Assembly (NCBI RefSeq): GCF_029227855.1
Contig: NZ_CP074356.1
DNA from: Escherichia coli
GTDB taxonomy: Bacteria > Pseudomonadota > Gammaproteobacteria > Enterobacterales > Enterobacteriaceae
DNA: 64,000 nt
Reading direction: 5' to 3' (one strand)
Shown here: positions 12,031-22,458 of the stretch, piece by piece
How positions within the stretch are numbered: the stretch's first letter is position 1
How the letters are laid out: each line of letters starts with the position of its first letter
The notes under the pieces: generated by a model
The model's database searches: none
Told to the model about the DNA's origin: nothing
Seen by the model: only the letters and a program-made list of their open reading frames with translations
Translations under genes and position numbers: made by a program

Positions 12031-13330
12031 ACATTAGCCCTAGTAGCTGTGGAATGAACAAGGATATTTGCGGGATGTAAGTGATCATCATCAACGCGAT
12101 TAACAATGCGGCATAAAATGGCAGCAATGGTTTGATCAAATGTTGAATCTTCACACCTGAAATAGAACAACCAACAAATAGCGCACTACCCACCGGCGGT
12201 GTTAACAGCCCAATACAAAGGTTGGCCACCATCATAATACCGAAATGTACCGGATCCATTCCCAGCTCTTGTGCAATCGGCAAGAAGATTGGTGTGAAGA
12301 TTAGTACAGCCGGTGTCATGTCCATAAAGATGCCGACAATTAATAAGACGATATTAATCAGCAGCAATATGATCAGTGGGTTATCAGAAATCCCCATCAA
12401 CGCGTCGCTGATCATATAAGGAATATCAGCATTGGTCATTGACCAGGACATGCCCACGGAAAAACCGATCAACAGTAATACAATCGAAGTGGTAACAACC
12501 GATTCCAGAATCAGTTTGGGTAAATCGCGCCATTTTACTTCCCGGTAAATCAGCACCGAGAGAATAAATGTGTAGACAACGGCAATCGCAGACGCTTCAG
12601 TTGCGGTAAAAATGCCGCCCAGAATGCCGCCCATTACAATGAACACCAGAAGCAAACTTGGTAAGGCATCCAGAAACGCTTTACAGGCCTGAGCAAAGGT
12701 TGCTCTTTCTGAAAGTGGGTAGCCACGGCGTTTAGCAATAATGCCGCAGACTATCATTACCGCAAGACCCATTAAGATCCCTGGCAAATATCCCGCCATA
12801 AATAGCGATGCTACAGAAACGCCGCCAGCTGTCAGGGAAAACACAATTAACACGTTTGAGGGCGGTATCAGTAATCCAGTAATACAGGATGAGACGTTTA
12901 CAGCGGTAGAAAATGCCGGATCATAACCTTGTTTGGTCTGAATGGGATTCAGTGTGCCACCAACGGCAGCAGCTGCCGCAACGGCTGAACCAGAAATGGA
13001 ACCAAACATCATATTCGCCAGGACGTTCACATGACCAAGTGAACTAGGAACCCGACCAACCATTACCTGGGCGAGGTTAATCAAACGTATCGCAATACCG
13101 CCGCTGTTCATCAGCGTTCCGGCAAAGATGAAAAAGGGGATTGCCAATAGGGCAAAGTTATCCAGTCCATTAGCCAGTCGCTGCGAAACAGTGATTGCCG
13201 CGATATCCCAGGGAAACATCAACAGCATTGAAGCTACAGTGGCAATACCGATTGAGAACGAAATGGGCACACCAATAAAGACCAGCACAAAAAAACAGCC
13301 AAATAGTGTAAGCGCAATATAACTATCCAT
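12029..13330 (-). CDS. TRAP transporter large permease subunit (DctM family, 433 aa)
   Basis: Highly hydrophobic 433-aa ORF, MDSYIALTLFGCFFVLVFIGVPISFSIGIATVASMLLMFPWD...; typical DctM architecture. Start overlaps the stop of the upstream small permease. Confidence 0.85.
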   Translation of the reverse strand: MDSYIALTLFGCFFVLVFIGVPISFSIGIATVASMLLMFPWDIAAITVSQRLANGLDNFALLAIPFFIFAGTLMNSGGIAIRLINLAQVMVGRVPSSLGHVNVLANMMFGSISGSAVAAAAAVGGTLNPIQTKQGYDPAFSTAVNVSSCITGLLIPPSNVLIVFSLTAGGVSVASLFMAGYLPGILMGLAVMIVCGIIAKRRGYPLSERATFAQACKAFLDALPSLLLVFIVMGGILGGIFTATEASAIAVVYTFILSVLIYREVKWRDLPKLILESVVTTSIVLLLIGFSVGMSWSMTNADIPYMISDALMGISDNPLIILLLINIVLLIVGIFMDMTPAVLIFTPIFLPIAQELGMDPVHFGIMMVANLCIGLLTPPVGSALFVGCSISGVKIQHLIKPLLPFYAALLIALMMITYIPQISLFIPQLLGLM

Positions 13331-13842
13331 TAACTGGCCTCCTGCGCAGGTTGTTTCAGTTGTTGAATGCTTTGATTAATAAAACACAAGGCATAAAACA
13401 TCATCACCACTCCACTTAATGGCAGAATGATATATACGTATCCCATCGGTATTTGCATCGCGGCAGATACTTGTGATGTTGCCAGCGTTTTATCAATTAA
13501 TTTCAGGCCACCAGTCACAATGACCGAACCGGCAAAACCTAAAATGAGAATGTTAATGACTATACTAAGAAGTAATTGCTTGCGCTTATTCAGGGCGAGA
13601 GCAAATAAATCGATAGAGAGATGTCTCTGCGCGCCGACGGTATATGCAGCACCTAATAATCCTACCCAGATCATCAAAAAGCGTGCCAGCTCATCGGTTA
13701 ATGTACTTGGCTGGTTAAGTACGTAGCGGCTAAATACTTGCCAGACTACGCATACAACCAGAGCAAGCATTACGGCGACAGAAAACGCGGCAATGACGCG
13801 GTCTACCGCAAGTTTCAGGCGGTTAAATATCATTGTAAGCAT
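13330..13842 (-). CDS. TRAP transporter small permease subunit (DctQ family, 170 aa)
   Basis: 170-aa four-TM protein MLTMIFNRLKLAVDRVIAAFSVAVMLALVVCVVWQVFSRYVLNQPSTLTDELARF..., between the SBP and the large permease. Confidence 0.8.
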   Translation of the reverse strand: MLTMIFNRLKLAVDRVIAAFSVAVMLALVVCVVWQVFSRYVLNQPSTLTDELARFLMIWVGLLGAAYTVGAQRHLSIDLFALALNKRKQLLLSIVINILILGFAGSVIVTGGLKLIDKTLATSQVSAAMQIPMGYVYIILPLSGVVMMFYALCFINQSIQQLKQPAQEAS

Positions 13843-13877
13843 CCTGGAAAATCAGGGCCAGAGACTGGCCCGAAATA

Positions 13878-14864
13878 TTATTGAGCAGCGTTGTCGAATT
13901 TCTCTAACAAAGCAGCTTGTTTTGGATCTTTTTTGAAGTCGTCAAACAGAGGTTGAACTGCGGCACGGAATGGGGCTTTATCAACCTTAACGATTTCACC
14001 ACCCATAGCTTTCGCTTGAGCACGTGTGTCAGCGTCAATTTTTTCCCACAATTTTTGTTGATAAGCTTCGGATTTCTTCGCCGCTGTTTCGAGGATTTGT
14101 TGCTGTTCTGGGGTTAATTTATTCCATGTTTTGGTGGAGATAACCAAAAAGTCAGGAATTGAGGCATGTTCATCTTCAGAAAAGACTTTGGCAATTTCGA
14201 TATGTCGAGTCTGCACCCAGGAAGGCACGTTATTTTCTGCGCCATCTACTACACCTTGCTGCATCGCAGTATAAACTTCGCCAAATGAAATTGGAGTGGG
14301 TGAGCCACCCATCAGTTCAATCATTTTGATGGTGGTCGGGCTTGGCTGAACACGAATTTTCAGCCCTTTAAGATCTTCTGGCTTAGTAATCGGTTTTTTC
14401 GCATAGAAACTGCGTGTACCCGCTACATAAGCTGATAAAGCAAAAAAGCCTTTATCTTTTGTTGAATCCATAATTTCTTTACCAACTTCACCAAAAACCA
14501 CTTTGTTGAAGTGCGCCTGATCTTTAAATAAGAACGGCAAATTATAGATAGCATAAATATTATCAAAAGACTCCAGATCACTGGCGGAACCTTTGGTCAT
14601 ATCCAGTGCACCATTTTGCAACAACTCCATAGTTTCTCGCGCATTACCCATCTGGCTGCTGGGGTAAATACGGATCACCATATTACCTTTTGACAGCTGT
14701 TTTACTTCTTTCGCCAGCTTTTCAAAACTCTGATGTACAACATGACTTCTTTCCAGGTTGTGTGCTAACTTTAACGTCACTTTTTCTGCGGCGTTTACGC
14801 CAGTGCTAACCAGAGCCAGCAAGGATGCGCAGACTAATGAGCGGGTAAATGACCTCATTTTCAT
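13878..14864 (-). CDS. TRAP transporter periplasmic substrate-binding protein (DctP family, 328 aa)
   Basis: Signal peptide MKMRSFTRSLVCASLLALVSTGVNA, DctP-family fold; a conserved Arg (AGTRSFY) is consistent with carboxylate binding. Substrate unknown. Confidence 0.85.
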   Translation of the reverse strand: MKMRSFTRSLVCASLLALVSTGVNAAEKVTLKLAHNLERSHVVHQSFEKLAKEVKQLSKGNMVIRIYPSSQMGNARETMELLQNGALDMTKGSASDLESFDNIYAIYNLPFLFKDQAHFNKVVFGEVGKEIMDSTKDKGFFALSAYVAGTRSFYAKKPITKPEDLKGLKIRVQPSPTTIKMIELMGGSPTPISFGEVYTAMQQGVVDGAENNVPSWVQTRHIEIAKVFSEDEHASIPDFLVISTKTWNKLTPEQQQILETAAKKSEAYQQKLWEKIDADTRAQAKAMGGEIVKVDKAPFRAAVQPLFDDFKKDPKQAALLEKFDNAAQ

Positions 14865-15178
14865 AAAAAAACTCCCTGTTGAAGAATGGAAATTGGTTGA
14901 TATCTAATTGTGCTTATCAGTGCTTTGTGCGACAAATTGGTTAACCTGTCTGACAACTTGTCTATGTTTATCACAACTTGAAATAAAGTCAGAAATTAAA
15001 TATTAATTTTGTGCGCCAGGTTGTACATGTTTATAATCAATAAATGATGAGTAAATATTCAGTAAATATATATAATAAATATCGTCGATATTTATTCAGT
15101 AAGAAATATATTTTTGCCGAAGTTAATTAACGGGGGGGTTAAAAGAAGTGATTAATGCGCCCGCAGGCGCATTAATGA
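14865..15178 (-). promoter_or_regulatory. AT-rich promoter/operator region of the TRAP operon, with direct repeats and a 10-bp-arm palindrome at the hemW 3-prime end
   Basis: Very AT-rich by eye; repeated TATTCAGTAA (about 15054 and 15089) and ACAACTTG (about 14957 and 14979); palindrome attaatgcgc-ccgcag-gcgcattaat at about 15152-15177. Confidence 0.45.
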
Positions 15179-16315
15179 TTACTCAGCGAGGAATAATTCA
15201 AGAAGTGAGTTTAAGAATAATTTACCATGCTTGGTTATCTGCCAGTAATCCGCACATTCTGTGAGATAACCTTGAGCGATAGCCTCGTCTAACTGAGAGC
15301 GAATAACTTCTTCAGAAAGGCCAGTATATTGGCTAAACTCCACGCGCGGCGCGGCCTCAAGCAGACGGAAGCGATTCATAAAGAACTCAAACGGTTTATC
15401 TGCAGCTTCGACATCACGCTGGCTTTCCAGATATCTTCCCTGCATAAAACCACGCGGATGACGCGTTTTGGTGGTACGCAGAATGCGACCATCCGGGAAG
15501 GTGACTTTGCCGTGCGCGCCGCAGCCAATACCAATGTAGTCGCCAAATCGCCAGTAGTTGAGATTGTGCTGGCACTGATAACCTGGTTTGGCGTAAGCGG
15601 ATGTTTCATACTGCTGATAGCCCGCTGCGGTTAATAACTGATGCCCCTGTTCGAATATATCCCACAACGCATCGTCGTCCGGCAGCACCGGCGGGCGAGA
15701 GCCAAACAGCGTATTAGGTTCGATGGTCAGTTGATACCAGGAAAGATGCGGCGGATTCAGTTCAATAGCCTGGCGCAGATCGCCTAGCGCCTCTTCCAGT
15801 GATTGATCCGGCAGCCCATGCATCAAATCAAGGTTAAAGCTACGTAACCCTAAACCGCTCGCCAGCTTTGCCGCTCGTTTCGCTTCTTGCGGGCCATGAA
15901 TGCGCCCAAGTCGTTTCAGCTTTTCTTCGCTAAAACTCTGCACACCAATAGAGATGCGGTTCACACCAGCACGCTGATAATCGACAAAGCGATCGGCTTC
16001 AACCGTACCAGGGTTCGCTTCCATAGTAATTTCTGCATCCGCTGCCAGCGGCAAACGCGCACGCACGCCGTCCAGCAGCGTTTGCATCGCCGGGCCGGAA
16101 AGCAGGCTCGGCGTACCACCGCCAATAAAGATTGTCTGCACTTCACGGCCCTGAGCGTAAGCCACGTCGTTGTCCAGATCGTTAAGCAGATGCTGAACAT
16201 AATCGTCGTGCGGCACTTCTCCTTTCAACGCGTGAGAGTTGAAATCGCAGTACGGGCATTTCTGCACGCACCACGGGATGTGAATGTAGAGACTCAGCGG
16301 CGGTAATTTAACCAT
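15179..16315 (-). CDS. hemW: Radical-SAM heme chaperone HemW (YggW, 378 aa)
   Basis: [28 protein letters not shown]... CxxxCxxC radical-SAM motif. Confidence 0.92.
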   Translation of the reverse strand: MVKLPPLSLYIHIPWCVQKCPYCDFNSHALKGEVPHDDYVQHLLNDLDNDVAYAQGREVQTIFIGGGTPSLLSGPAMQTLLDGVRARLPLAADAEITMEANPGTVEADRFVDYQRAGVNRISIGVQSFSEEKLKRLGRIHGPQEAKRAAKLASGLGLRSFNLDLMHGLPDQSLEEALGDLRQAIELNPPHLSWYQLTIEPNTLFGSRPPVLPDDDALWDIFEQGHQLLTAAGYQQYETSAYAKPGYQCQHNLNYWRFGDYIGIGCGAHGKVTFPDGRILRTTKTRHPRGFMQGRYLESQRDVEAADKPFEFFMNRFRLLEAAPRVEFSQYTGLSEEVIRSQLDEAIAQGYLTECADYWQITKHGKLFLNSLLELFLAE

Positions 16316-16901
16316 TACGTAAAGCGTCCAGCAGCAGTTTCAACGCCTGACCACGGTGGGAAATGGCGCTTTTTTCTTCGCGGGTCAGTTCGGCAGCGGT
16401 TTTCCCTTCGGAAGGAACGAAGAAAATTGGATCATAACCAAAGCCACCAGTGCCCGCTGGTTCACGAGTAATCACGCCCGGCCAGCTACCGTGGCACACC
16501 AGCGGAGTGGGATCTTCCGCGTGACGCAGATATACCAGCACGCAGTGGAAACGCGCCTGACGTTGGTCGTCCGGTACGTCTTTCATTGTTTCCAGCAGTT
16601 TTTGCAGATTCTTTTGATCGGTCGCGTCTTCACCGGAATAACGCGCGGAGTAAATCCCCGGTGCACCGCCAAGTACATCTACCGCCAGACCGGAGTCGTC
16701 GGCAATTGCCGGTAAACCGGTCACTTTTGCCGCATGGCGCGCTTTCAGAATCGCGTTTTCGATAAAGGTCAGGCCAGTTTCTTCAGCGGAATCTACACCG
16801 AGGTCTGTTTGGGCCACGATATCAAGACCGAAGTCGCTAAGCAGCGACGCCAGCTCACGCACTTTACCGGCATTGCCGGTTGCGAGGACAACTTTTTGCA
16901 T
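16308..16901 (-). CDS. rdgB: dITP/XTP pyrophosphatase
   Basis: 197-aa [24 protein letters not shown]...; overlaps hemW start by 8 nt. Confidence 0.92.
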   Translation of the reverse strand: MQKVVLATGNAGKVRELASLLSDFGLDIVAQTDLGVDSAEETGLTFIENAILKARHAAKVTGLPAIADDSGLAVDVLGGAPGIYSARYSGEDATDQKNLQKLLETMKDVPDDQRQARFHCVLVYLRHAEDPTPLVCHGSWPGVITREPAGTGGFGYDPIFFVPSEGKTAAELTREEKSAISHRGQALKLLLDALRNG

Positions 16902-16908
16902 AGGATAC

Positions 16909-17199
16909 CTAATTAATTAACGCCGCGATTTCTGGCGGGATTTGTTGCGGATTAATGATTTTAATTTGTTTGTGGCGGCCAAGTTCGCCTTTTTCAATCA
17001 CCACCTGGCTTTTGGCAACCCGGAATTGCTTACCGAGAAACTTCACCAGATGGCTGTTGGCCTGGCCGTCAACCGGCGGCGCGGTAATGGCGACTTTTAC
17101 CTCGTCGCCATGTAAACCGACAATAGAATCACGGCTGGCTTTCGGCTGAATATAGAGCCGTAAAACCAGACCGCCATCATTCACTGTTACGGCACTCAT
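16909..17199 (-). CDS. yggU: DUF167 protein YggU (96 aa)
   Basis: ORF 16909..17211; protein from [24 protein letters not shown]; start trimmed. Confidence 0.85.
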   Translation of the reverse strand: MSAVTVNDGGLVLRLYIQPKASRDSIVGLHGDEVKVAITAPPVDGQANSHLVKFLGKQFRVAKSQVVIEKGELGRHKQIKIINPQQIPPEIAALIN

Positions 17200-17762
17200 A
17201 ACGCCATCCACAGCCCCGGCAGCAGCATATTTCCGGTCGCCTGCAAGACTTCTGCGACACCCATATTGATGACATACAGCAGCAGAACGAGGATCATCGG
17301 CGAGAAATCAATCCCACCCATTGCCGGTAGCAGGCGGCGAATCGGGCGCAGCAGCGGATCGGCCAGCTGAATCAGCACGTATTCAATCGGGCTACGCCCC
17401 TGGCTTACCCAGCTCATAATCGCCATCACCAGCAGGACCCAGAAAATCAGCAGGCCGATGGTTTTCAGCAGAATCAGTAAACCGGCAATCCAGATGATTG
17501 GCAGGAAGGTCACCACTTTAAACAGCACGATGGCTTTGATGAAACTGAGAATGTACGCAACCAGCAGTGAGGCGCTATCAATGGGACCCATAGCCGGAAT
17601 AACGCGGCGCAGTGGCCCGATAATTGGCTGCGTTACCTTCACTACAAACTGTGAGAAGGGGTTGTAAAAATCACAATGAGCCCACTGCATCCAGATGCGT
17701 AATAACAGCACCATGGTATACAGCTCAATGACCGTTGAAAGCAGGAAAGTCAACGTATTCAT
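17196..17762 (-). CDS. yggT: YggT family inner-membrane protein
   Basis: 188-aa hydrophobic [32 protein letters not shown]... Confidence 0.88.
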
Positions 17763-17779
17763 GGCGTTCCTTTAATTCC

Positions 17780-18484
17780 TTATTTTTTAGAGTAATCACG
17801 CGCACCAAAAATTGCAGTGCCGATACGAACCATCGTGCTACCTGCCGCAATGGCGGCTTCCATATCGTCCGACATTCCCAGAGAGAGCGTGTCGATATGC
17901 GGGTAGCGCGTTTTCAGTCCGGCAAATGCTACAGCCATTTGGCGTGCAACTTCAAACTGCCTTACATATTCTGACTCAGGCGCAGGGATTGCCATCAGCC
18001 CGCGCAGACGTAAACGCGGTAGTTCAGCGACCGCAGCTGCCAGCTCGTCCAGCTCAGCCAGTTGAATCCCGGACTTACTGTTTTCGTCACTAATATTAAT
18101 TTGAATCAGTACGTTAAGAGGGGGAAGTTCTGCCGGGCGCTGATCGTTGAGGCGGGTAGCAATGCGCAAACGGTCGATGGTATGACACCAGTCGAAATGC
18201 TCTGCCACCAGGCGGCTTTTATTAGACTGCAACGGGCCAATAAAATGCCATTCTAATCCTGTTACGCCCAGTTCCTGAAAGTGGCGAATTTTATCTACCC
18301 CTTCCTGAACGTAGTTTTCACCAAATTGACGCTGCCCGGCATCAATGGCTTCTGCGATGGCGCTCGCAGGTTTTGTTTTACTGACTGCAAGCAGCGTAAT
18401 TTCTTCTGGAGAACGGCCGCAACGCGTTGCAGCCGCTGAGATTTTGTCCCGGACCTGTGCCAGGTTATGCGCAATATCGTTCAT
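17780..18484 (-). CDS. yggS: PLP-homeostasis protein YggS (234 aa)
   Basis: MNDIAHNLAQVRDKISAAATRCGRSPEEITLLAVSKTKP... Confidence 0.9.
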   Translation of the reverse strand: MNDIAHNLAQVRDKISAAATRCGRSPEEITLLAVSKTKPASAIAEAIDAGQRQFGENYVQEGVDKIRHFQELGVTGLEWHFIGPLQSNKSRLVAEHFDWCHTIDRLRIATRLNDQRPAELPPLNVLIQINISDENSKSGIQLAELDELAAAVAELPRLRLRGLMAIPAPESEYVRQFEVARQMAVAFAGLKTRYPHIDTLSLGMSDDMEAAIAAGSTMVRIGTAIFGARDYSKK

Positions 18485-18501
18485 TTTCCGAGGATCTTAG
18501 T

Positions 18502-19482
18502 ATGAATATGGAAGAAATTGTGGCCCTTAGTGTAAAGCATAACGTCTCGGATCTACACCTGTGCAGCGCCTGGCCCGCACGATGGCGTATTCGCGGGCGA
18601 ATGGAAGCTGCGCCGTTTGATGCGCCGGACGTCGAAGAGCTACTGCGGGAGTGGCTGGATGACGATCAGCGGACAATATTGCTGGAGAATGGTCAGCTGG
18701 ATTTTGCTGTGTCGCTGGCGGAAAACCAGCGATTGCGCGGCAGTGCGTTCGCGCAACGGCAAGGTATTTCTCTGGCATTACGGTTGTTACCTTCGCACTG
18801 TCCACAGCTCGAACAGCTTGGTGCGCCACCGGTATTGCCGGAATTACTCAAGAGCGAGAATGGCCTGATTCTGGTGACGGGGGCGACGGGGAGCGGCAAA
18901 TCTACCACGCTGGCGGCGATGGTTGGCTATCTCAATCAACATGCCGATGCGCATATTCTGACGCTGGAAGATCCTGTTGAATATCTCTATGCCAGCCAGC
19001 GATGTTTGATCCAGCAGCGGGAAATTGGTTTGCACTGTATGACGTTCGCATCGGGATTGCGTGCCGCATTGCGGGAAGATCCCGATGTGATATTGCTCGG
19101 AGAGCTGCGTGACAGCGAGACAATCCGTCTGGCACTGACGGCGGCAGAAACCGGGCATTTGGTGCTGGCAACATTACATACGCGTGGTGCGGCGCAGGCA
19201 GTTGAGCGGCTGGTGGATTCATTTCCGGCGCAGGAAAAAGATCCCGTACGTAATCAACTGGCGGGGAGTTTACGGGCAGTGTTGTCACAAAAGCTGGAAG
19301 TGGATAAACAGGAAGGACGCGTGGCGCTGTTTGAATTACTGATTAACACTCCCGCGGTGGGGAATTTGATTCGCGAAGGGAAAACCCACCAGTTACCGCA
19401 TGTTATTCAAACCGGGCAGCAGGTGGGGATGTTAACGTTTCAGCAGAGTTATCAGCAGCGGGTGGGGGAAGGGCGTTTGTGA
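18502..19482 (+). CDS. yggR: PilT-like type IV pilus retraction ATPase homologue YggR (326 aa)
   Basis: ORF 18427..19482 (TTG start in track); protein from MNMEEIVALSVKHNVSDLHL with Walker A GATGSGKST; start trimmed to the ATG at 18502. Confidence 0.88.
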   Translation: MNMEEIVALSVKHNVSDLHLCSAWPARWRIRGRMEAAPFDAPDVEELLREWLDDDQRTILLENGQLDFAVSLAENQRLRGSAFAQRQGISLALRLLPSHCPQLEQLGAPPVLPELLKSENGLILVTGATGSGKSTTLAAMVGYLNQHADAHILTLEDPVEYLYASQRCLIQQREIGLHCMTFASGLRAALREDPDVILLGELRDSETIRLALTAAETGHLVLATLHTRGAAQAVERLVDSFPAQEKDPVRNQLAGSLRAVLSQKLEVDKQEGRVALFELLINTPAVGNLIREGKTHQLPHVIQTGQQVGMLTFQQSYQQRVGEGRL

Positions 19483-19512
19483 GGCTAAAGTGATTGATTA
19501 TTTTAGTAAATA

Positions 19513-19575
19513 TGCCTGATGCGCTACGCTTATCAGGCCTACAAACGTAGTCATTCACGCCGCATCCGGCAATAA
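19513..19575. repeat. REP element
   Basis: gcctgatgcgctacgcttatcaggcctac ... cgccgcatccggca, in the yggR-ruvX intergenic region. Confidence 0.7.
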
Positions 19576-19596
19576 GGAGCGATGACGTAAATCGCC

Positions 19597-20013
19597 TTAA
19601 TATCCCTGCTCGAAATAACTTTCGAGAATGATAACCGCAGAGGCAGAGTCAACTTTGCCTTTGTTGAGCGCCCGATAGCCGCCCTGTTCAAACAGACCGG
19701 AACGGGCTTCCACAGTGCTAAGACGCTCGTCATGGAGCTTTACTTCAACACCGAAACGACCATGAATACGGTTGGCAAATTTACGCGCTCTGGCGGTTAA
19801 CGGCTGTTCGGTGCCGTCCATATTCAGCGGCAAACCGACGATGATTTCGTCCGGCTGCCACTCTTTCAGTAAACGCTCGATAATGTTCCAGTCCGGCGTA
19901 CCGTCCTGCGCTTTAATTGCAGGCAAAGGACGAGCGGTGCCGGTAATGCGTTGGCCGACCGCTACGCCAATGCTTTTGGTGCCGAAGTCGAAGGCGAGTA
20001 AGGTTCCACTCAT
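19597..20013 (-). CDS. ruvX: Holliday-junction resolvase-like / pre-16S rRNA nuclease (138 aa)
   Basis: ORF 19597..20139; protein from [21 protein letters not shown]; start trimmed. Confidence 0.9.
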
Positions 20014-20576
20014 CAGGCGTGTCCTGCCACACCAGGCATGGTGAGAATATCCACACCAATCAGTTTTGCCGCCTCGCGCCAGCGGTCGGCAATCGGTGTT
20101 TTGAACAGAATATTCAGATCCGCCGGGGCCGTTAGCCACGCGTTGTCGAGAATCTCTTGTTCAAGTTGGCCTTTCTCCCAGGAGGCATAACCCAGAGCCA
20201 CCAATACGTCAGACGGTTGTTTATCGGTGCCGAGCGTTTCCAGCACATCGCGGGAAGTGGTCATCACCGTGTTGTCTGAAATGCGAATGCTGGAAGCAAA
20301 ATTGGAGGGCGGAGTATGCAAAATAAACCCGCGATCTTCAGCCAGCGGACCGCCGAGCATAACCGGTTTATCCAGACGGATTGATTCATCACGCGGCTCC
20401 GGCGTGATCTTCAGCTTTTCCAGAATCCCTTCAATTTTGAGATTTTCCAGCGGCTTGTTGACGATGATCCCCATTGCACCATTGGTATTATGTTCGCAAA
20501 TGTAGACCACGGAACGACGGAAAATCGGATCCTGGAGAGCAGGCATGGCAATAAGAAAGTGATGCTGTAAATTCAT
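20013..20576 (-). CDS. yqgE: UPF0301 protein YqgE (187 aa)
   Basis: ORF 20013..20648; protein from [29 protein letters not shown]; start trimmed; 1-nt overlap with ruvX start. Confidence 0.88.
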
Positions 20577-20684
20577 TGTCAGAGGTTCTGTTTCCTGGTT
20601 CAAAAAAGCAACAGCGCCCAGTATGCGTGGAAAGAAGGGCGCTGTCACTCAGAGTCTCAACGAGATCCTTCTCGCTAAGGTGGG

Positions 20685-21635
20685 TTACTGCTGCTGTAAA
20701 CGTGCTTCGATGGCATCCATTAACATTCCGGTGATCGACACCGGAAACTCTGCTTCAATCTCACGAATACAGGTTGGGCTGGTGACGTTAATTTCAGTCA
20801 GACGGTCGCCGATGATATCCAGACCAACAAAAATCAGCCCTTTTTCTTTCAGCGTCGGCCCGATCTGACGGGCGATTTTCCAGTCACTTTCCGTCAGCGG
20901 ACGAGGTTCACCGCGACCACCGGCAGCCAGATTGCCACGGGTTTCGCCCCCCTGCGGAATACGCGCCAGGCAATATGGCACCGGCTCGCCATCCACTACC
21001 AGCACGCGTTTGTCGCCATCTTTAATGGCTGGCAGGTAATTTTGCGCCATGCAGTAGCGAGTGCCATGCTCAGTCAGGGTTTCGGCAATCACGCCGAGGT
21101 TTGGATCGCCTTCTTTCACGCGGAAAATCGACGCGCCGCCCATACCGTCCAGTGGCTTAAGAATGATGTCGCTGTGTTTCTCCCAGAACGCTTTTAGCTG
21201 CGCTTTATTGCGCGTAACCAGCGTTTCTGGCGTTAAGTCAGAGAACCAGGCAGTAAACAATTTCTCGTTACAGTCGCGCAGGCTCTGCGGCTTGTTAACG
21301 ATCAGCGTCCCTTTCTCTTCGGCACGTTCCAGAATATAGGTCGCGTAGATAAACTCGGTATCAAACGGCGGGTCTTTACGCATCAGGATCACATCGAGAT
21401 CGGCCAGCGGCAGATCCTGTTCACCGACGAACGAAAACCACTCTTCGTAGTTCTGCTTCACGTTCAGCGTGCGGGTATGGGCGCGGGCTTCGCCATTGAT
21501 CAGATACAGATCGCCCATCTCCATATAGTGAAGTTCGTAACCACGACGCTGTGCTTCCAGCAACATAGCGAAACTGGAATCTTTCTTGATGTTGATGCTT
21601 GCGATGGGGTCCATCACGATGCCGAGCTTGATCAT
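20685..21635 (-). CDS. gshB: Glutathione synthetase
   Basis: 316-aa ORF MIKLGIVMDPIASINIKKDSSFAMLLEAQRRGYELHYMEM... Confidence 0.93.
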   Translation of the reverse strand: MIKLGIVMDPIASINIKKDSSFAMLLEAQRRGYELHYMEMGDLYLINGEARAHTRTLNVKQNYEEWFSFVGEQDLPLADLDVILMRKDPPFDTEFIYATYILERAEEKGTLIVNKPQSLRDCNEKLFTAWFSDLTPETLVTRNKAQLKAFWEKHSDIILKPLDGMGGASIFRVKEGDPNLGVIAETLTEHGTRYCMAQNYLPAIKDGDKRVLVVDGEPVPYCLARIPQGGETRGNLAAGGRGEPRPLTESDWKIARQIGPTLKEKGLIFVGLDIIGDRLTEINVTSPTCIREIEAEFPVSITGMLMDAIEARLQQQ

Positions 21636-21647
21636 TATTCTTCTCCG

Positions 21648-22379
21648 TTAGCCCAAATCGCCAAATCGTACTTGTAGCGCGGTAATGGCGGTGAGCGCAG
21701 TTGTCTCTGTACGCAAAACGCGAGGTCCCAACAGGATATCAGTAAATTGATAGCGGGCAGTCATGGCAATTTCATCTGCCGATAAACCGCCTTCCGGGCC
21801 AATCAGCAGGCGGACGCGTTCAACCGGTAACGGCAACGTATTGATGCTGTTACTGGCGCGCGGGTGAAGATTCAGTTTCAGTCCTTCATCCTGCTCTGCA
21901 CACCAGGCTTCCAGATCCATCGCTGGACGGATTTCCGGCACCCGGTTACGACCACACTGCTCACAGGCAGCAATTGCAATCTTCTGCCACTGCTGGAGCT
22001 TCTTGTTCAGACGTTCACTATCCAGTTTAACGCCGCAGCGCTCAGAAAAAAGTGGCGTAATGAGGCTTACACCGAGTTCGATCGATTTCTGGATAGTAAA
22101 TTCCATTTTTTCACCACGCGACATCACCTGACCAAGGTGAATATGCAGCGGAGATTCGCGATCGTCGATCTGGCCTTCCAACACCTTCACTTCCACGCTT
22201 TTTTTGCTGGCGCTGGTAATTTCGGCGTCAAAGACCTGGTTGCTGCCGTCAAACAATTGCAACGCCTGCCCCGGCCCCATGCGCAGTACGCGCCCGATAT
22301 GGTTGGCAGCATCTTCGCAAAGCGCGATGTGAGAATGGCTGGTCAGTGGTTCAGGATGATAAATGCGGGGGATACGCAT
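21648..22379 (-). CDS. rsmE: 16S rRNA m3U1498 methyltransferase (243 aa)
   Basis: ORF 21648..22406; protein from [27 protein letters not shown]; start trimmed. Confidence 0.88.
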
Positions 22380-22458
22380 AGTTAAAAATCCGCGTCGTCT
22401 CCCCACGCGGTTGTACGCGTGGGGTAGGGGTTAACAAAAAGAATCCCGCTAGTGTAGG

